Assembly (NCBI GenBank): GCA_008632985.1
Contig: QPGO01000021.1
Coordinates: forward strand, 186,001 to 250,000
Source of the DNA: Psammoneis japonica
Taxonomy: Eukaryota
Length of the DNA stretch: 64,000 bases
Direction of reading: 5' to 3'
The notes under the pieces were generated by a model, which made no database searches, had not been told where the DNA came from, and saw only the letters and a list, made by a program, of their open reading frames with translations. The translations under genes were made by a program, and so were the position numbers. This document shows positions 36,582-49,399 of the stretch, in pieces (position 1 is the first letter of the stretch; every line of letters starts with the position of its first letter).

Positions 36582-37805
36582 ATGAGGAGATCGGCTCTGG
36601 CAGAATGCTCGTTATGGGTGTGGATGTTGTTAGTTCAGCCGTTTGGCTACGCACACGGTTTCCACTCGAGCTGTGCCATGTTCCCTATTTTTCGTGGGAC
36701 ACAACCAGCAATAACAGTGGCACCTATCCATGAGAAAAGTCAAGAACACCGTCAGCCTTTGGATACCAGCAAGGACATTGTCAAACTTGAACGAAAGAAA
36801 TGGCTCAGGGATCGGCTCCAATTGAACGATGTGGATCTGGAACGAGTTCTTCGAATGAATCCAGATGTTTTAAAGAGAAAATCTGAAACGCTCGAGGAGA
36901 TTGTCAGTTGGTACGAACAAAATCTTGGTTTTAATACAACCCAGATCGTTCAAGCTGCGACGATAGGATCTCGTGGTTTTTTGTCGTCAACAGACAACAA
37001 GAAACAAAAGCGTCAATGGCTGCAGGAATCGTTGAATCTGTCTGACGCTGAACTCTCAACTATTGTACGAACTTGCCCACAGGTTCTTGGATACAGCGAT
37101 GAACGGAAGTTTGAAAATCTCGTATGGCTCAAGAAGCGTTTTAATCTTTCATCAAATGCAACGGACACAGCACTGCTGAGAAAACTAGTGCTGAAAGCAC
37201 CAAATGTCTTGGGTTCTCTTACGTTGGACAAGCTTGCTACCAAGATTGATTGGCTTCAAGAGCACCTTGGTGTGAATGATGAAAGACTGCTGTTAAAGAA
37301 AATTACCACAAACGGAGCCTTGCTGAGAGCAAGCGTGGAAGATAATCTGGAACCCACATTTGTTTGGTTGCAGCAGAGGTTGTGCTACACTGATGATCAG
37401 GCGAAACAACTCTTCTGCCAATTTCCAATGATCTTGACACGGAGCATCGATGAAACCATCGAACCAAAGATGATGTATTTGCAGGAACGCTTTCACTTGG
37501 ACAGCAACGGTCTCTCTTTGATGGTGCGGACTCTGCCAGCATTGCTCAGCTATAGCGTCGAGGCGAATATCGAACCCACACTTGAATTTTTTTCTCACCT
37601 TATTGGTGAAGAAGCTGCAATTGACATGATCTCCAAGGACCCAAGGTTTCTATCCTACAGCCTCAGGAATCGGTTGCAGCCACGTCTTGCTGAGATTGAG
37701 GAGCTTGGTCTCGTGGGTCAGGTTCCATTGAGTACTTTTACAAAGTATCCAGATTCCAGATGGAAGGCATATCTGAACAGAAAGCAATTGGCAGATGAAT
37801 TATAG
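36582..37805 (+). CDS. mTERF family protein, probably plastid-targeted
   Basis: About 37-aa repeats (PQVLGYS, PALLSYSVEANIEP, PRFLSYSLRNRLQPR); signal peptide. Confidence 0.9.
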   Translation: MRRSALAECSLWVWMLLVQPFGYAHGFHSSCAMFPIFRGTQPAITVAPIHEKSQEHRQPLDTSKDIVKLERKKWLRDRLQLNDVDLERVLRMNPDVLKRKSETLEEIVSWYEQNLGFNTTQIVQAATIGSRGFLSSTDNKKQKRQWLQESLNLSDAELSTIVRTCPQVLGYSDERKFENLVWLKKRFNLSSNATDTALLRKLVLKAPNVLGSLTLDKLATKIDWLQEHLGVNDERLLLKKITTNGALLRASVEDNLEPTFVWLQQRLCYTDDQAKQLFCQFPMILTRSIDETIEPKMMYLQERFHLDSNGLSLMVRTLPALLSYSVEANIEPTLEFFSHLIGEEAAIDMISKDPRFLSYSLRNRLQPRLAEIEELGLVGQVPLSTFTKYPDSRWKAYLNRKQLADEL

Positions 37806-38650
37806 CCCTATTAGGTGACTACTTACAAGTCGCGGTGGCCGGACCTTCTGTATGACCTTGCCGGCCAGACGCCCCGACCAAGAAACTCGCTACCGTTTTC
37901 TTCTTATCACCCCAGATAGCGATACTAGCAGAGCCACCCGTGCCACCAATAAACCTTGAATATGTCCCCAATGACATTTGTGCGTTCTTTCTCCAGTTAG
38001 GCTAGGGCAGCGTCGTTCTTGGCCACGGCGGTGGTTGCTGTGTGCCTGTGCGCTCGAACGCGTTCTTCAGATGCAATGGAGCAAATTACGAAAATCGCTT
38101 TTCCAGATGCCGAGGGATAGATGTCGACAGCCGTCACTATGAGGTTGTGTGATGATCCGGTCGTAGAATATATCGTAAGACCATAAAAACCAAGCATCGC
38201 CCAATCGATGAGGTGATGGAGACGGAAACCGAGAGCATTTCCAAGGGATCGGTCATGGAAAGAATCTCACCCGTGGCGACAATGTTTTACTACAGTCACC
38301 ATGAACTTGAGATTCACACAAAGAATACATTACAATGATACGTGTGAGTCTTTTATCTCGCAGTTTTTGATTTTGATCATGAGAAAAATAGTAAGTTTTA
38401 TTCAGCATGCACGGAGTTTGGTCCGCAACGAAAAAATCGAAGGACTCGTCTTTATCAATTGTTGGACTTTGTGCTTCTCGTCAACATCGAGAAAACTGAA
38501 AAGAAAAATCTCTTGACCAAGTCTTGCCCCCTGCCCCCATTGAATGCGACTAAATAACGAAGAATCAACAATCTCTCGTCCCATTGAATCCATCAAACAC
38601 ATCAGTATCAAACACAGTAACCGAGTTTTTATAGCTTACATTTGCCAAGA

Positions 38651-39319
38651 ATGTCAGACACAGGAAGAGAGGAAGAAGAAACAGTCATATTTGCAGTTTT
38701 CGATGGCACGAAGACGGTCGATGCTTCCTTGGTTGGAACACCGGACATGTTAACTTCGCCCAACGTGTCTGAAGCGCCACCTCATGTTAATCGGCCGGTT
38801 CCAGTACCATCGGTTTACAAGGATGAACGAGGAGAAATCCACAATTTGGCTCTGGGACAAGACGTTCCAAAGCGCATCAATATTTTGTATACACGACGGG
38901 GCGTGATGCGTTCTGGTGACATTCATGCCAACACACAGCACGATTTTATATTTTCAGGCAAGGTTGAATTGTGGATGCTTACGAGTGATACTGATGAGGA
39001 CGGCAATGCAGTAACAAAGATTACAACTCATGGACCTGGGGATTACATTCAGATACCGCCGTATGTGCCTCATGTATTTCATTTTAAAACAGATACAGTC
39101 ATGGCAGAATGGTGGGAACCTGGATCGTTCAAGGCGTGGTTTTATCAGCCATTTCGTCACCGGGTCGATCAGTCATTCAAGCGCACCAGACCAGGAAAGA
39201 TGGAGCCACTGGTTCCTAAACAAAGTTGCAAGAATAGAGTAGTGCTAGCAGGGTTCGCTGGAGCGGTGCTCGGATTAGGAGCAGGACTGCTCCTGTCGGC
39301 AGCTAGACTAAGGAAATAA
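38651..39319 (+). CDS. RmlC-like cupin protein with C-terminal membrane anchor
   Basis: YKDERGEI, RSGDIH..QHDFIFSG, IPPYVPHVF; hydrophobic tail. Confidence 0.75.
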   Translation: MSDTGREEEETVIFAVFDGTKTVDASLVGTPDMLTSPNVSEAPPHVNRPVPVPSVYKDERGEIHNLALGQDVPKRINILYTRRGVMRSGDIHANTQHDFIFSGKVELWMLTSDTDEDGNAVTKITTHGPGDYIQIPPYVPHVFHFKTDTVMAEWWEPGSFKAWFYQPFRHRVDQSFKRTRPGKMEPLVPKQSCKNRVVLAGFAGAVLGLGAGLLLSAARLRK

Positions 39320-39354
39320 GAAAGGGAGTACTCAAACTCGTATGCAACAAGATT

Positions 39355-41331
39355 TTACCGGGTTTTCCGTCGTCTTTGTCTTCTCTTTGTGAACTTTTCT
39401 CCGGTTGCCTTCAAATGTTTAATCAGTCGCTTCTGCCGCGCCTCCTTTCCTCCAATTCCAATCCCTCCTTTGTTTGGCAACTTTGTTCCCGGTCTTTCTT
39501 CGAAGGGGTTCTTTTTGGCGCTCTTTTTGACAGCAATGCGAACTTCCATCCCGTACATTTCAAACGAGTCTTGAAAATTTCTGGTCAAGAAGCGCATATA
39601 GCTTATGGGTAGTGTATTGACATTGCAAAACAACAAAAAGGTGGGAGGTCTCGCTTTTGTTTGCATAATGTACTTGATTCGAGTTGGTCTTCCATTGGGC
39701 TGCATAGGAGGTGCATGAGAAAAGAGAACTTCCTCTAGCCAGCGATTCAAGAGACCTGTAGGCATGACTCTCTCCCATCGATCCCGAGCGTCAAACACCA
39801 CCGGCATGAGGTCGTCGACACGCTGCCCTTTGAGGGAACTCATCGCCACCACAGGTGTTTGGCGCAACATTGGCAAACGGGCCTCAACATGCTCTCGAAC
39901 ATCATTGGCATATGCTTCACTTGAATACTCATGGTCGACAAGTAAATCCATCTTGTTGGCAGCAATCACCAAGGAACGCCCCTCCTTAACAATAGCATCA
40001 GCAATTGCCAGTTCTTGTCTTTGAAGCTTTCTTGCAGACGCATCCAATACCAACACAGCCACGTCTGCCACCTTGAGAGCACGCATGGCATCTTGCACTG
40101 CCAAATCCTCGATTGGGTCGGTGTAGTCGCGTTGAGTCACCTTTCGAATACCGGCAGTGTCAACCAATTTGACTGGCCGACCTTTCCACGACCATTCCAC
40201 AGCGATAGCATCCCTCGTAAGTCCAGGCTGAGAACCGTGTAAAACTCGATCTTCTTGAAGCAATGCATTCACAAGTGTCGACTTTCCCACATTTTGCCTT
40301 CCCAATATAGCCAACTGCAATGGCTTTTCATCAACGGCGTCTTTCATAGCGGTATCTTCCAGTAATCCCTGCGCTATTCGTTTTTCCGCTTTCTCTCGCG
40401 CAACTTCTTCAATAACAAGAGCAATATCAGCCATTCCTTCCCCATGTTGTGCTGATATTGGAATTGGCTCACCAAATCCGACTCGTGACGCTTCGGCTAA
40501 ATGATCCATCACGGGCGAGTTGGGGTATGACCAAGCATCGCCTTCAAGCTTGTTTGCTAGTAGTACAACTCGTTGTTTGCTCTTGAGTTTTCTTAACCAC
40601 TTTGCTGTCTCCATCAAGTCATATGTAACACCCACCTTTGCATCCAACAATAACAAAATCAAGTCTGCTTGTTCGGCAGCCTCCATGGTTTGTGCCATCA
40701 TTTGCTTCTTGAGTGATGCTTGTTTTCCAAATAATGATGCGGCAATCCGCTCCCCATCAATCCCTGCGGTATCGACAAGAGAAAATAATGTACCGCCAAT
40801 CCGTCCGATGCATTCTCGTCGATCTCGAGTAGTACCTGGAACAGACGATACAATGGCACCGCCAATCACGGCCGCACCCTCTTCTGCGCTTTTAGCTCGA
40901 GCTTTTCCAGCTCGATCGGTTCCCAGTCGGCCCTTTGTGCAGAACAAAAGCAAAATTAGGTATCGTTGAGAAAATCATCATGCAAATATCGATACAAGAC
41001 TAGGACGAAGCAACAAACTTACTTTGGATCGAGCTTTGCGACGCTTTTGTTTTTCGCTTGATAACTTGTACGTCTTGTTTGCTTGCTTGCACATGAGCCG
41101 ATTAAACAGAGTCGACTTTCCAGCATTTGGCGGCCCAAGAATGGAAACAACCACTCTGTCGTCATCGGTATCATTATGTGTGGCCATTGTAGAAAAGAAA
41201 CATGCTCGGATCGGATAGATATGTGATGTTGTTGTTGTAAAGCAGACTTGCTGGGTATTTTGCAAACGCATCGCGAGACCACGAAACTGAAACAGTCGCG
41301 AAGCTACCGGCATGACCTTTTCACCAATCAT
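39355..41331 (-). CDS. der: Ribosome biogenesis GTPase Der/EngA, organellar, 2 exons
   Basis: Two G domains (GPPNAGKSTLFN, PGTTRD, DTAG, NKLE; GRQNVGKSTL, PGLTRD, DTAG, NKMD) and KH-like tail with PPTF; intron about 41022-40955. Confidence 0.93.
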
Positions 41332-41770
41332 GTTTCTTCTTCAAAATATCGCCATTGCATACTCGATTCTTATGAACGTACTGTCTTTGGTTGTAATTTT
41401 GTCCAGCAGAAGTAAGGACGTTTCCCACACGCTACGCCATTGCCTGCCGCCAACAAAACCGCAAAAAAAATGTGGCGCAGAGATTGGTGCGCGCGCGACG
41501 CGCGGAAAGCGGAGTGGTCGGAGTTGACGCGCGCGACGAAGAAGGCGCAGTCATTTCTCGCCCATCGGGTTGCGTTTTCACGTTTATTTCTACGCCCCAC
41601 CGGTACTGACAAAAATCGCGGCATTTTTTGGGCTCTCTGCTTTTGCACTCCTCCTCGTTGGATGCATGGCCGCCACGAGACGAAGGAAAGGAGGAAAAGC
41701 AACAGAGTCTCCAACACGATTCGTAGCAACCAATAAATACCTCCATCGGCTTGAGCGGGTAGAACCGAAA

Positions 41771-43161
41771 ATGGACGCATCTTCGGTTGCTACCTCTCAC
41801 AAGGCGAAGCCACTTCCGGCCTTGGCTCTGTCTGGTAAGATTCGAAATTTAATATTCAGATCTTTATATAACTTTATGTTCTTGTCTTCTTCATAACCGT
41901 AAATAACCCTCATTTTTCGATTTTTCGCTCACATTTTTTTCGTCTGCCGTCTCTTTTAGAATTATCAATTGGCAGAGTTGTAGGCCAGGGTGGTTTCAGT
42001 TTAGTGAGTGAAATCCGAAGGGTAACGCTCGATGATTTGTACGATACGGGAGAAACAGAATCCAGATTGCGCCAGGAGTTCTTTTCGAGATGCACCGATA
42101 CCGAGCATCGACACGTCATTAAGATTTTGCGGACCGACTTGCCCGAAGACGAGCATGCCAAGGGTGTCGTCGACCTGGCAATCGAAGCCAAATTCTTGGC
42201 AACTCTGTCTCATCCCAATATTATAGCCATGAGAGCAACTGCCAATTCGGATCCGTTGGAATCTAATTTCTTTGTCATTTTGGACCGGCTTGAAACAACG
42301 TTGGATCGAAAAATGAATTATTGGCGTAAGCGTGTTGGCGAAAACATGGGTTATTGGTTGGGCCCATGTTTGGGATACTGCTGTGCGAATACCCGTGCTC
42401 TTCAAGAGTTGTGGTTAGAACGACTCTTGGTTTCTCGTGACATTGCGGCGGCCATCAAGTATCTTCATAGTCAAGACGTGGTGTATCGTGATTTGGTACG
42501 TAGAGAGTTTGCATTTTCCATTGCCTTTTGTATACCTGAATTGTTCTTACTGATGATCTCTTTCTTAATCATTGTTTCTGGGTAGAAACCTGACAATGTG
42601 GGATTTGACGCCAACAACGTGGTCAAGATTTTTGATTTTGGTTTGGCTAAGCGTTTAGATCCCGAGGACAAGACTGACGATGAACTCTACGTGCTGACGG
42701 GCAACACGGGTTCACTCCGGTATATGGCACCCGAGGTTGCCATGTGTTGTCCCTATGACGAACGTGTTGACGCGTACTCTTTTGGTATTTTGTTCTGGCA
42801 AATTTGTGCCTTGACGACCCCGTACGCCGGATATTCGATACGAATGCACGAAGAACGCGTTGTGCGACAGGGATACCGTCCCAAACCTGACATTAGTTGG
42901 CCTAGCAATTGGGTTCGTCTCATGAAAGAATGCTGGTCTGCCGAAGTTAACGATCGTCCGAGCTTTGAGGGCATTGTTGGTGCGCTTGATGCCGAAGTTG
43001 CAGACATGATGAGAGAAGATGGCGTCGATCCGTCGAGGGTGCACGCTAAGCAACGAAAGAATAGAATGGAAGACGAACGATTGGATGCTGACACCCGAAT
43101 AGTCGCTGATCAAGGACTAGAGAATTCGCAGACGCATCTCCACAATGGAGATATTGTATGA
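41771..43161 (+). CDS. Protein kinase (TKL-like), 3 exons
   Basis: GQGGFS, YRDL/KPDN, DFG, GSLRYMAPE, RPSF; GT-AG introns near 41835-41959 and 42497-42585. Confidence 0.9.
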
Positions 43162-44422
43162 GCCAAGAAAGAGCTCCATACAAAGTAAATATACAGGACT
43201 TCTTTTGCAGTAAGAAAACAAATGAGAACTGTACAGGTATTTTCAAAATCATTGATGCTCTGTAGAAACACTCTAGCAATCGGTCAATGCGTCCGCTCAC
43301 TGTCACCTGGCTTGACCGGTGGCGTTCTGCGGTTTGCTTTTGGCTGCGGGGTCGTAGTTTGTCGCTTCTCTACTCGCTATAGCCTCTTGCTCTCGCTAGT
43401 GCCCTAACATATTCTCCACTCCTTAGAGTCAATCACTGCACCCCATCTTTCCGACATGCCTTTCATCCACTACTGTACGAGTTGCTCCCTCTCTCACTCG
43501 CTCTCTAGAGTGCTCTACTAGTAGTGGTACTGTAGGTAGCTTTAGGGCCCTACTCTCTAGCTAGAGAGTAGAGAGTACTGGTAGCTACTTCTACTCTCTA
43601 CTCTACTGTACTCTGAGTAGAGAGTAGTAGCTACAGCATACGGTAGCTCTTGGCTCTCTAGCTAGTAGAGAGTAGAGTCGTCTAGCTAGAGAGAGGGATA
43701 GCTAAGGTAGTAGAGTAAGTACTGTACCGAAGAGCTGGTAGCAGGGATTGACACGGCCGTTATAATGGGGGGCACGTCTTGATGTCCCGGTGTCATTCGA
43801 AGATACGACGTGTCGAGTCAGCCATTCTGCTTCCGCTTTCGCAAGCTTTCGTATCTTTTCACGAGAGCAACTTGAAGCAGAAGAAAATCTCTGCCCCCCA
43901 CAGTGACGTCGAGTAAACGTCATCATGTCACACACCTTAAATAAAAAATGCCTTGTAAACTAACGCAATAACAGGCCACGTCAGAAATCTGCAGATGTTC
44001 CCTCACTTTTTTTTCACCACGGAGGAGAAAGAATATCGGAAGGAACTTGTACTGCGAGAAGGAACCGAAGAACGAAGAACACGCACAAAGTCACATAGAG
44101 AGCGGAGAAGTGAGAAGCATAGCAAGTGCGTAAACGGTAATAACAAGGCGGATCGAACTAGCCAACCCACCTTCCACGTGAACAACATAAAGAAAACGGA
44201 TCATACTCTAGGAACCAAAGAACGAAGAACACAACAAGTCGTAACAACAAGCGGAGAAGTGAGAAGTAGCTGGATCGCAATAGCCAAATAAATGTTAATG
44301 TCCTCGTCCACGTGAATTAAAGAAAAAAAACGGATCACAGATTTCAACTCTTACAACAATTCCCAGTCCTCAACTCTTACAACAATTCCCAGTCCTTTGT
44401 GCTGCTGACCGACTTGGAGAAT

Positions 44423-45662
44423 ATGGACGCACGGAATTTTGGACAAAGAACAGGCAACGCGGGAAGTGCAAACGGGGTGCTTGGCAGCAATCCAGAGCCT
44501 CTTATTGACACGCTCTTACGCAGCAATGCTGTGTCTTCTTCCGATCATGCAAGTGTTAAACCTCACTCAGTCGACTCAATGTGGTCATTTTCAGACAGAA
44601 GCGCGAAAGCGTTGGTTGGAGGCACATCTGTAGCCGGCAAATTCCTACTGGGCAACCTGTATCTTAGTGACAAATCACTAGAAACGGCTGACCTGCCGCA
44701 GTTCGCGAAAGATCACAATTCTTCCTTGTCATTTCCGCAAAAGGTAGGTAGTGCACGCATTGTTCTACCAAATCTAGTTTTGCACTCTGAAAAAGTCACT
44801 CATCCTCATTTTCTGCGTGCACTCACCGTATTTATCGAGTCAACAGTTGATGGTCATGCTGATGCATGTGGAGAAAACGTCAACATCTACAACGCCCTGT
44901 GTTGCTTGGGTGCTGGATGGACGCGCATTCGTTATTCACGACAGAGATGCCCTAGTGAAGGAGGTTCTACCACTATTCTTTCAAGGGCAGCTCAAGTACA
45001 CGAGCTTCACGCGTAAGCTCTATAGATGGGGGTTCAAGCAGGTAAAAGACGTAACCGTGGTGAATAGCAGGGAAGGCGCACATATTCTACAGGCACGCGA
45101 AATGATCTTTGGACACGAACACTTTCAGCGCGATAACAAACACTTAGTGACCGAAATGAGAAGCGTTACTTCTGCAGGTAAAAAGCGAGCCGCAGCTGCG
45201 GCACAGAAGCGCAAACAGCAAAAAGAAGAAGAATGTAGAGTCTCCAAAGATACAGGAAGAGAAACGAAGAAGCCAAGAACCGAAGAAAATCTCAGGACTC
45301 CACTAGTAGCACATACAACATCGCTCGAGCGCCCAAACACTCTGTCTAACCAATTTGCTCAAACGGAACAGCTTGTAAATCCAAGCAATGCTCTTCTTCA
45401 GCTAGGTGCTCCTGGGCGAGTCCAACATGGATTTGAATTGTTGCAGGAGCAACAGAGACTGCTATTACAGACTACACAAGCAAACTTACTAGCAGGACAG
45501 TACCTTGCTGCAATGAATGCAGGTAGCATCCCTTTGATGATGATGAATGGGCAGAGGAAGCTACAGGTAGTATCGACTCCAATGCCAGCGAGCAACCAGC
45601 AAGTTCCTTCAGCGGCCGAACTACTGCTTCGGTTATCTTCCAACTCCTCGGTTGATCGATAG
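44423..45662 (+). CDS. HSF-type DNA-binding transcription factor, 2 exons
   Basis: FPQK/LMVML, VAWVLDGRAFVI, KYTSFTRKLYRWGF, HEHFQRD; intron 44744-44846. Confidence 0.88.
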
Positions 45663-45869
45663 ATGTCAGCCATGCTACTACTACTACAGCTCATGATGTC
45701 GTGTCATCGCACAATATGAGTTCGTTCGTTTCAAATATTCACGTTATGCACAAAAAAGTGGTTCAAATTAAGTAACTATATACATATACACATTGAAAGT
45801 TGTTACATGAAGTTGGTAAGAGCGTAGTAACAAAGAAGTATGAATAGCAATGACAAATCCGGTGGAAGC

Positions 45870-47435
45870 CAAGGATTTATAAGTCTGTCAGGATGTACAA
45901 GCTGCGTATTCATAGAACGCGTGTTGCCATGCGTGGTCAACAGCCTCTAAGAAGTAATCTTGACGGTGCGAACTCCGCCGTTAAAGTATATCAATTTATG
46001 TATATTTTGTATATCCTCATTTTTTCAAGGGATCGCGCATCATTCATCAAAGCACCACACACCATGATAATCGGAGCGCCGCTTATTAGACTATTGACGA
46101 TCCTTTCAACAGTACCAACGCTATCTACTAGTCTTTACCTCCATATAGAAACAGCTTATGTTGCTTTTTCGAAGGTAAGCGGCCAATTGTAAGGTGAAAA
46201 AAGGATTTTGTATTGACACCACGGTTCGAGACTCATTATCGCTCTCTGTCGCAATCGAATTAAATTGTGCTTTTGTTTCGGCATCTCACTCATTTTCTTT
46301 GACATGTTCGTCTTTATAACTCATATAGAGAAGCTGTTGAGCAACGTATCACCCCTACGGACGAACAATATCTCATAGTTTCGTGTCGGTGTCGACACCA
46401 TTTCTTTTCAACTCATGTTCTTCCTTATATCGGAACGGGGCTGTGGTGTGTCCTACGCTCTCTTTTGGACTGAACCAAGCAAGCTACAGTTGATACTTTC
46501 ACGAATAATGACAATTATAATGTGCAATGGGTTGGATATTGACGTCCATGACCTTGCCGAGTGCCGGTTAGTAGTACTCCCTCGTTCGGGGTTCGGGGAC
46601 CGAAAACTGGGGTAAATCTTGGTGGCGTGGAGACTCTGCGATTGGAATGCGAGCGAGTGGGCTGGAATCTCGTGCAGTTTACTTCTGAAGGATGTGTACA
46701 ATAAGGTATGTTTACATTTAAAGCAGTATTGATGCATCATGCATTTACAGTACCGGCATGACAAACAAACTAACAATATCATTCTCCATCTCTATCTTTC
46801 CCATCTAGGTGGTGTCTTATTTTTGATTCTTGGCCAGTGATGAGGGGCAATGCATAAAATTTTAGTGCTTCTCTCGGGCTTCAAGTAATGGACAATGCTT
46901 TGGACGAGACGCTTGCATCGTGTGTTTTGCGTCACGCGTATCCTTGCCAGCGGGCGACCCCAAAGTGGATCATTAGCGTGAATCAGCGCTTGTCGAAACA
47001 CATGACAATTTGGCGAAATACAGCAGCATACATCATCACTCATTGTTACAACAATCAATCAGTCATTGGGTTGATTGGCAATCGGCGGCAGATTTTAGAG
47101 CTATGATTTTTGAAATTCCATTTCGTGTCTCTGTCTTCATCCACGCCACGCACCTACCGTACCATACCATCACATTTCGTGCCGTCTGTTATCCCCCCTC
47201 CATCACGTTTCGTGTGCCGTCTGTTTTCTCCCCTCCATCACGTTTCGTCTTCGAGGTATCTATGATATTTGTGCATGGATATTTATAAATGATAAGTTCG
47301 TCCCGTCAGAAGCCCTACGTAGACTGCCGTAAAACGAAGTACAAATTTTAACGGTGTTCGTACCACGCATGGCAACAGGCTCGTGCGTAGATTTGTACCG
47401 GAGCTTGTACATCCTGACAGACTTATAAATCCTTG
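45870..47435. mobile_element. Non-autonomous TIR element (hAT- or P-like)
   Basis: Perfect 34-bp TIR CAAGGATTTATAAGTCTGTCAGGATGTACAAGCT; 8-bp TSD GTGGAAGC (45862-45869, 47436-47443). Confidence 0.9.
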
Positions 47436-47696
47436 GTGGAAGCTTCCTTCCATCCTGCTCCTACAGTATGATCGATAGTAGCCACCCCTTCTGACGTCAT
47501 GAGTCAGTCATGATGTTGCTGCCACGCACAGTCACGCACAGTGAAATGCGAACTCGACATCCAACATTGCATCTCTCTTTCAAAAAAACCAAAGAAAATG
47601 AAAAAGGCGAGGGTAGTCGAACAGCAATAAAACAAACGACGAAGAGAAAGGTCAATTGCTATTGTTTACCATCATTCGACTGGCGTTGTTTTGCCA

Positions 47697-48524
47697 ATGA
47701 CTATGAGATCACGTCTCGCTTTTGCCAAGGATCGGCGTTTTCCATTCAATGTTCTTCGCATTGTTGTTATCGTCCTGCTGTTGGCGTGCGTCAATCATGT
47801 AGTGCAACAGCAGCAGCCTCTGCAAGGACCGCCGCCCCAACAAAAGCAAGAGCCTTGCAACCCGAATATAATTTATCGACGTCCAGGTCTACCAGCGTTA
47901 CGAAATCGAAGCTTGTTAGGAGAGCTCATGGAATCTCGAGGCTTTACGGACGGTGCCGAGGTCGGGGTCCAAAAAGGCGATAATGCTCACGCAATTTTAA
48001 CAGCATGGAAATCGGCGCAGTCCTTCAGATTGATTGATCCGTGGAGCCATCAACCGAATTACAGGGACGAAGCGAATGTTCCCGACGAGGAACAAGAAAA
48101 AATATTTCAACAAGCAAAGCAAACGCTGTCGGCATGGTCGCCCAAGACGGTATTCATGCGTATGTTGTCCACAGAAGCGGCCAAGAAAATTCCAGACCAA
48201 AGCTTGGACTTTGTTTACATTGATGCTCGCCATGATTATTGTGGTGTCAAGGAAGATATTGAAGCTTTCTACCCAAAGCTTCGACCGGGTGGCATATTGG
48301 CTGGTCATGATTTCTTGGACGCAAAAGAAGTGAAGAAGTTGACGCCTCATCAAGACTGGTCTCTGTGCATGAACGGAACCGTCAACCAAGGGGCCGTCAA
48401 AGGGGCCGTGGAAGACTTTGCCTATCAAAATGGACTGGTAACATCGGTTATGTACGCTGATGATAAATGGCAGAGCTGGATGTTTCAAAAGCCCACGCGG
48501 CCTGAGTGCGTTAGTTACTCCTAG
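47697..48524 (+). CDS. Class I SAM-dependent methyltransferase (Methyltransf_24-like), type II membrane anchor
   Basis: GAEVGVQKG, IDPW, LDFVYIDARHDY, YPKLRPGGILAGHDF. Confidence 0.9.
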   Translation: MTMRSRLAFAKDRRFPFNVLRIVVIVLLLACVNHVVQQQQPLQGPPPQQKQEPCNPNIIYRRPGLPALRNRSLLGELMESRGFTDGAEVGVQKGDNAHAILTAWKSAQSFRLIDPWSHQPNYRDEANVPDEEQEKIFQQAKQTLSAWSPKTVFMRMLSTEAAKKIPDQSLDFVYIDARHDYCGVKEDIEAFYPKLRPGGILAGHDFLDAKEVKKLTPHQDWSLCMNGTVNQGAVKGAVEDFAYQNGLVTSVMYADDKWQSWMFQKPTRPECVSYS

Positions 48525-49399
48525 CTAGATGGGAAGGACAACAACAATGCAGCGGCCGTGCACACGTTGGATCTTTTCGTCGGATCGCAAGTAGGATCGT
48601 TTCGATTTTTTTTCTACTCGGAAGATGGTGCCATTGGCATTGGGCTCGTAGATTTTTGAGACAATGCTGAAAGAATGTTCCAGTGGATGGTGACGAATAC
48701 CTGGTTCCAAAGAAAAGTTGGGCACAAAGAGCACATCGCGACCTCCCTATTAGGGCACGAGTTGGAACCGTACACAACCTACCGCTGATATATTAGAAAG
48801 AACGCTGAAAAGGTCTTGCCTCACCATCATTGTCGCTGCATCCAGAGATCCTGCGACAAACATCAGGTGCACTGTTTCCATTAGCAGGAGGATGCAGGGT
48901 CGTAGCCAGCATTGCATGTTCAATGCAAGCGTTTTAGAAAAGGGCCACTGCTAGAGGATAGTAAGTTGAAACAGTGTAAAAACCACACAGCAGCTAGAGC
49001 ATCTACGCTGTGCTACAATCCCATCGTACAAAAACTTTTCCATTGATAGTTCATTGTTTAGCTTTGCCAGATCCTCGCGGTCCTGTTGCCAGCTGCTGCT
49101 GCACTTTTGCTTACAAAGAGATTGCCAGCCTCTTGACAACAAAATTCACCCTGCAGCTCCACTCCCTGACTGTTTTGTGGATGCATCATCCAACACCAGT
49201 GATGAAGAAATGTGTGTGGGGATGCTTCAGAGTTTGCCATTTCGGGAACACTGGGAAGCTTGAACATTGCCCATCGGCTCATCAATGTGAAGGTTCCCCA
49301 TCTTGTCAACACATGGAAAGTGTGATGCCATGGTGGCCTTGTGGCCTTGTTGCCCCCCTGCTGTTGACATTCGCGACTCAAGCACTGGCAGAGAAGCAT

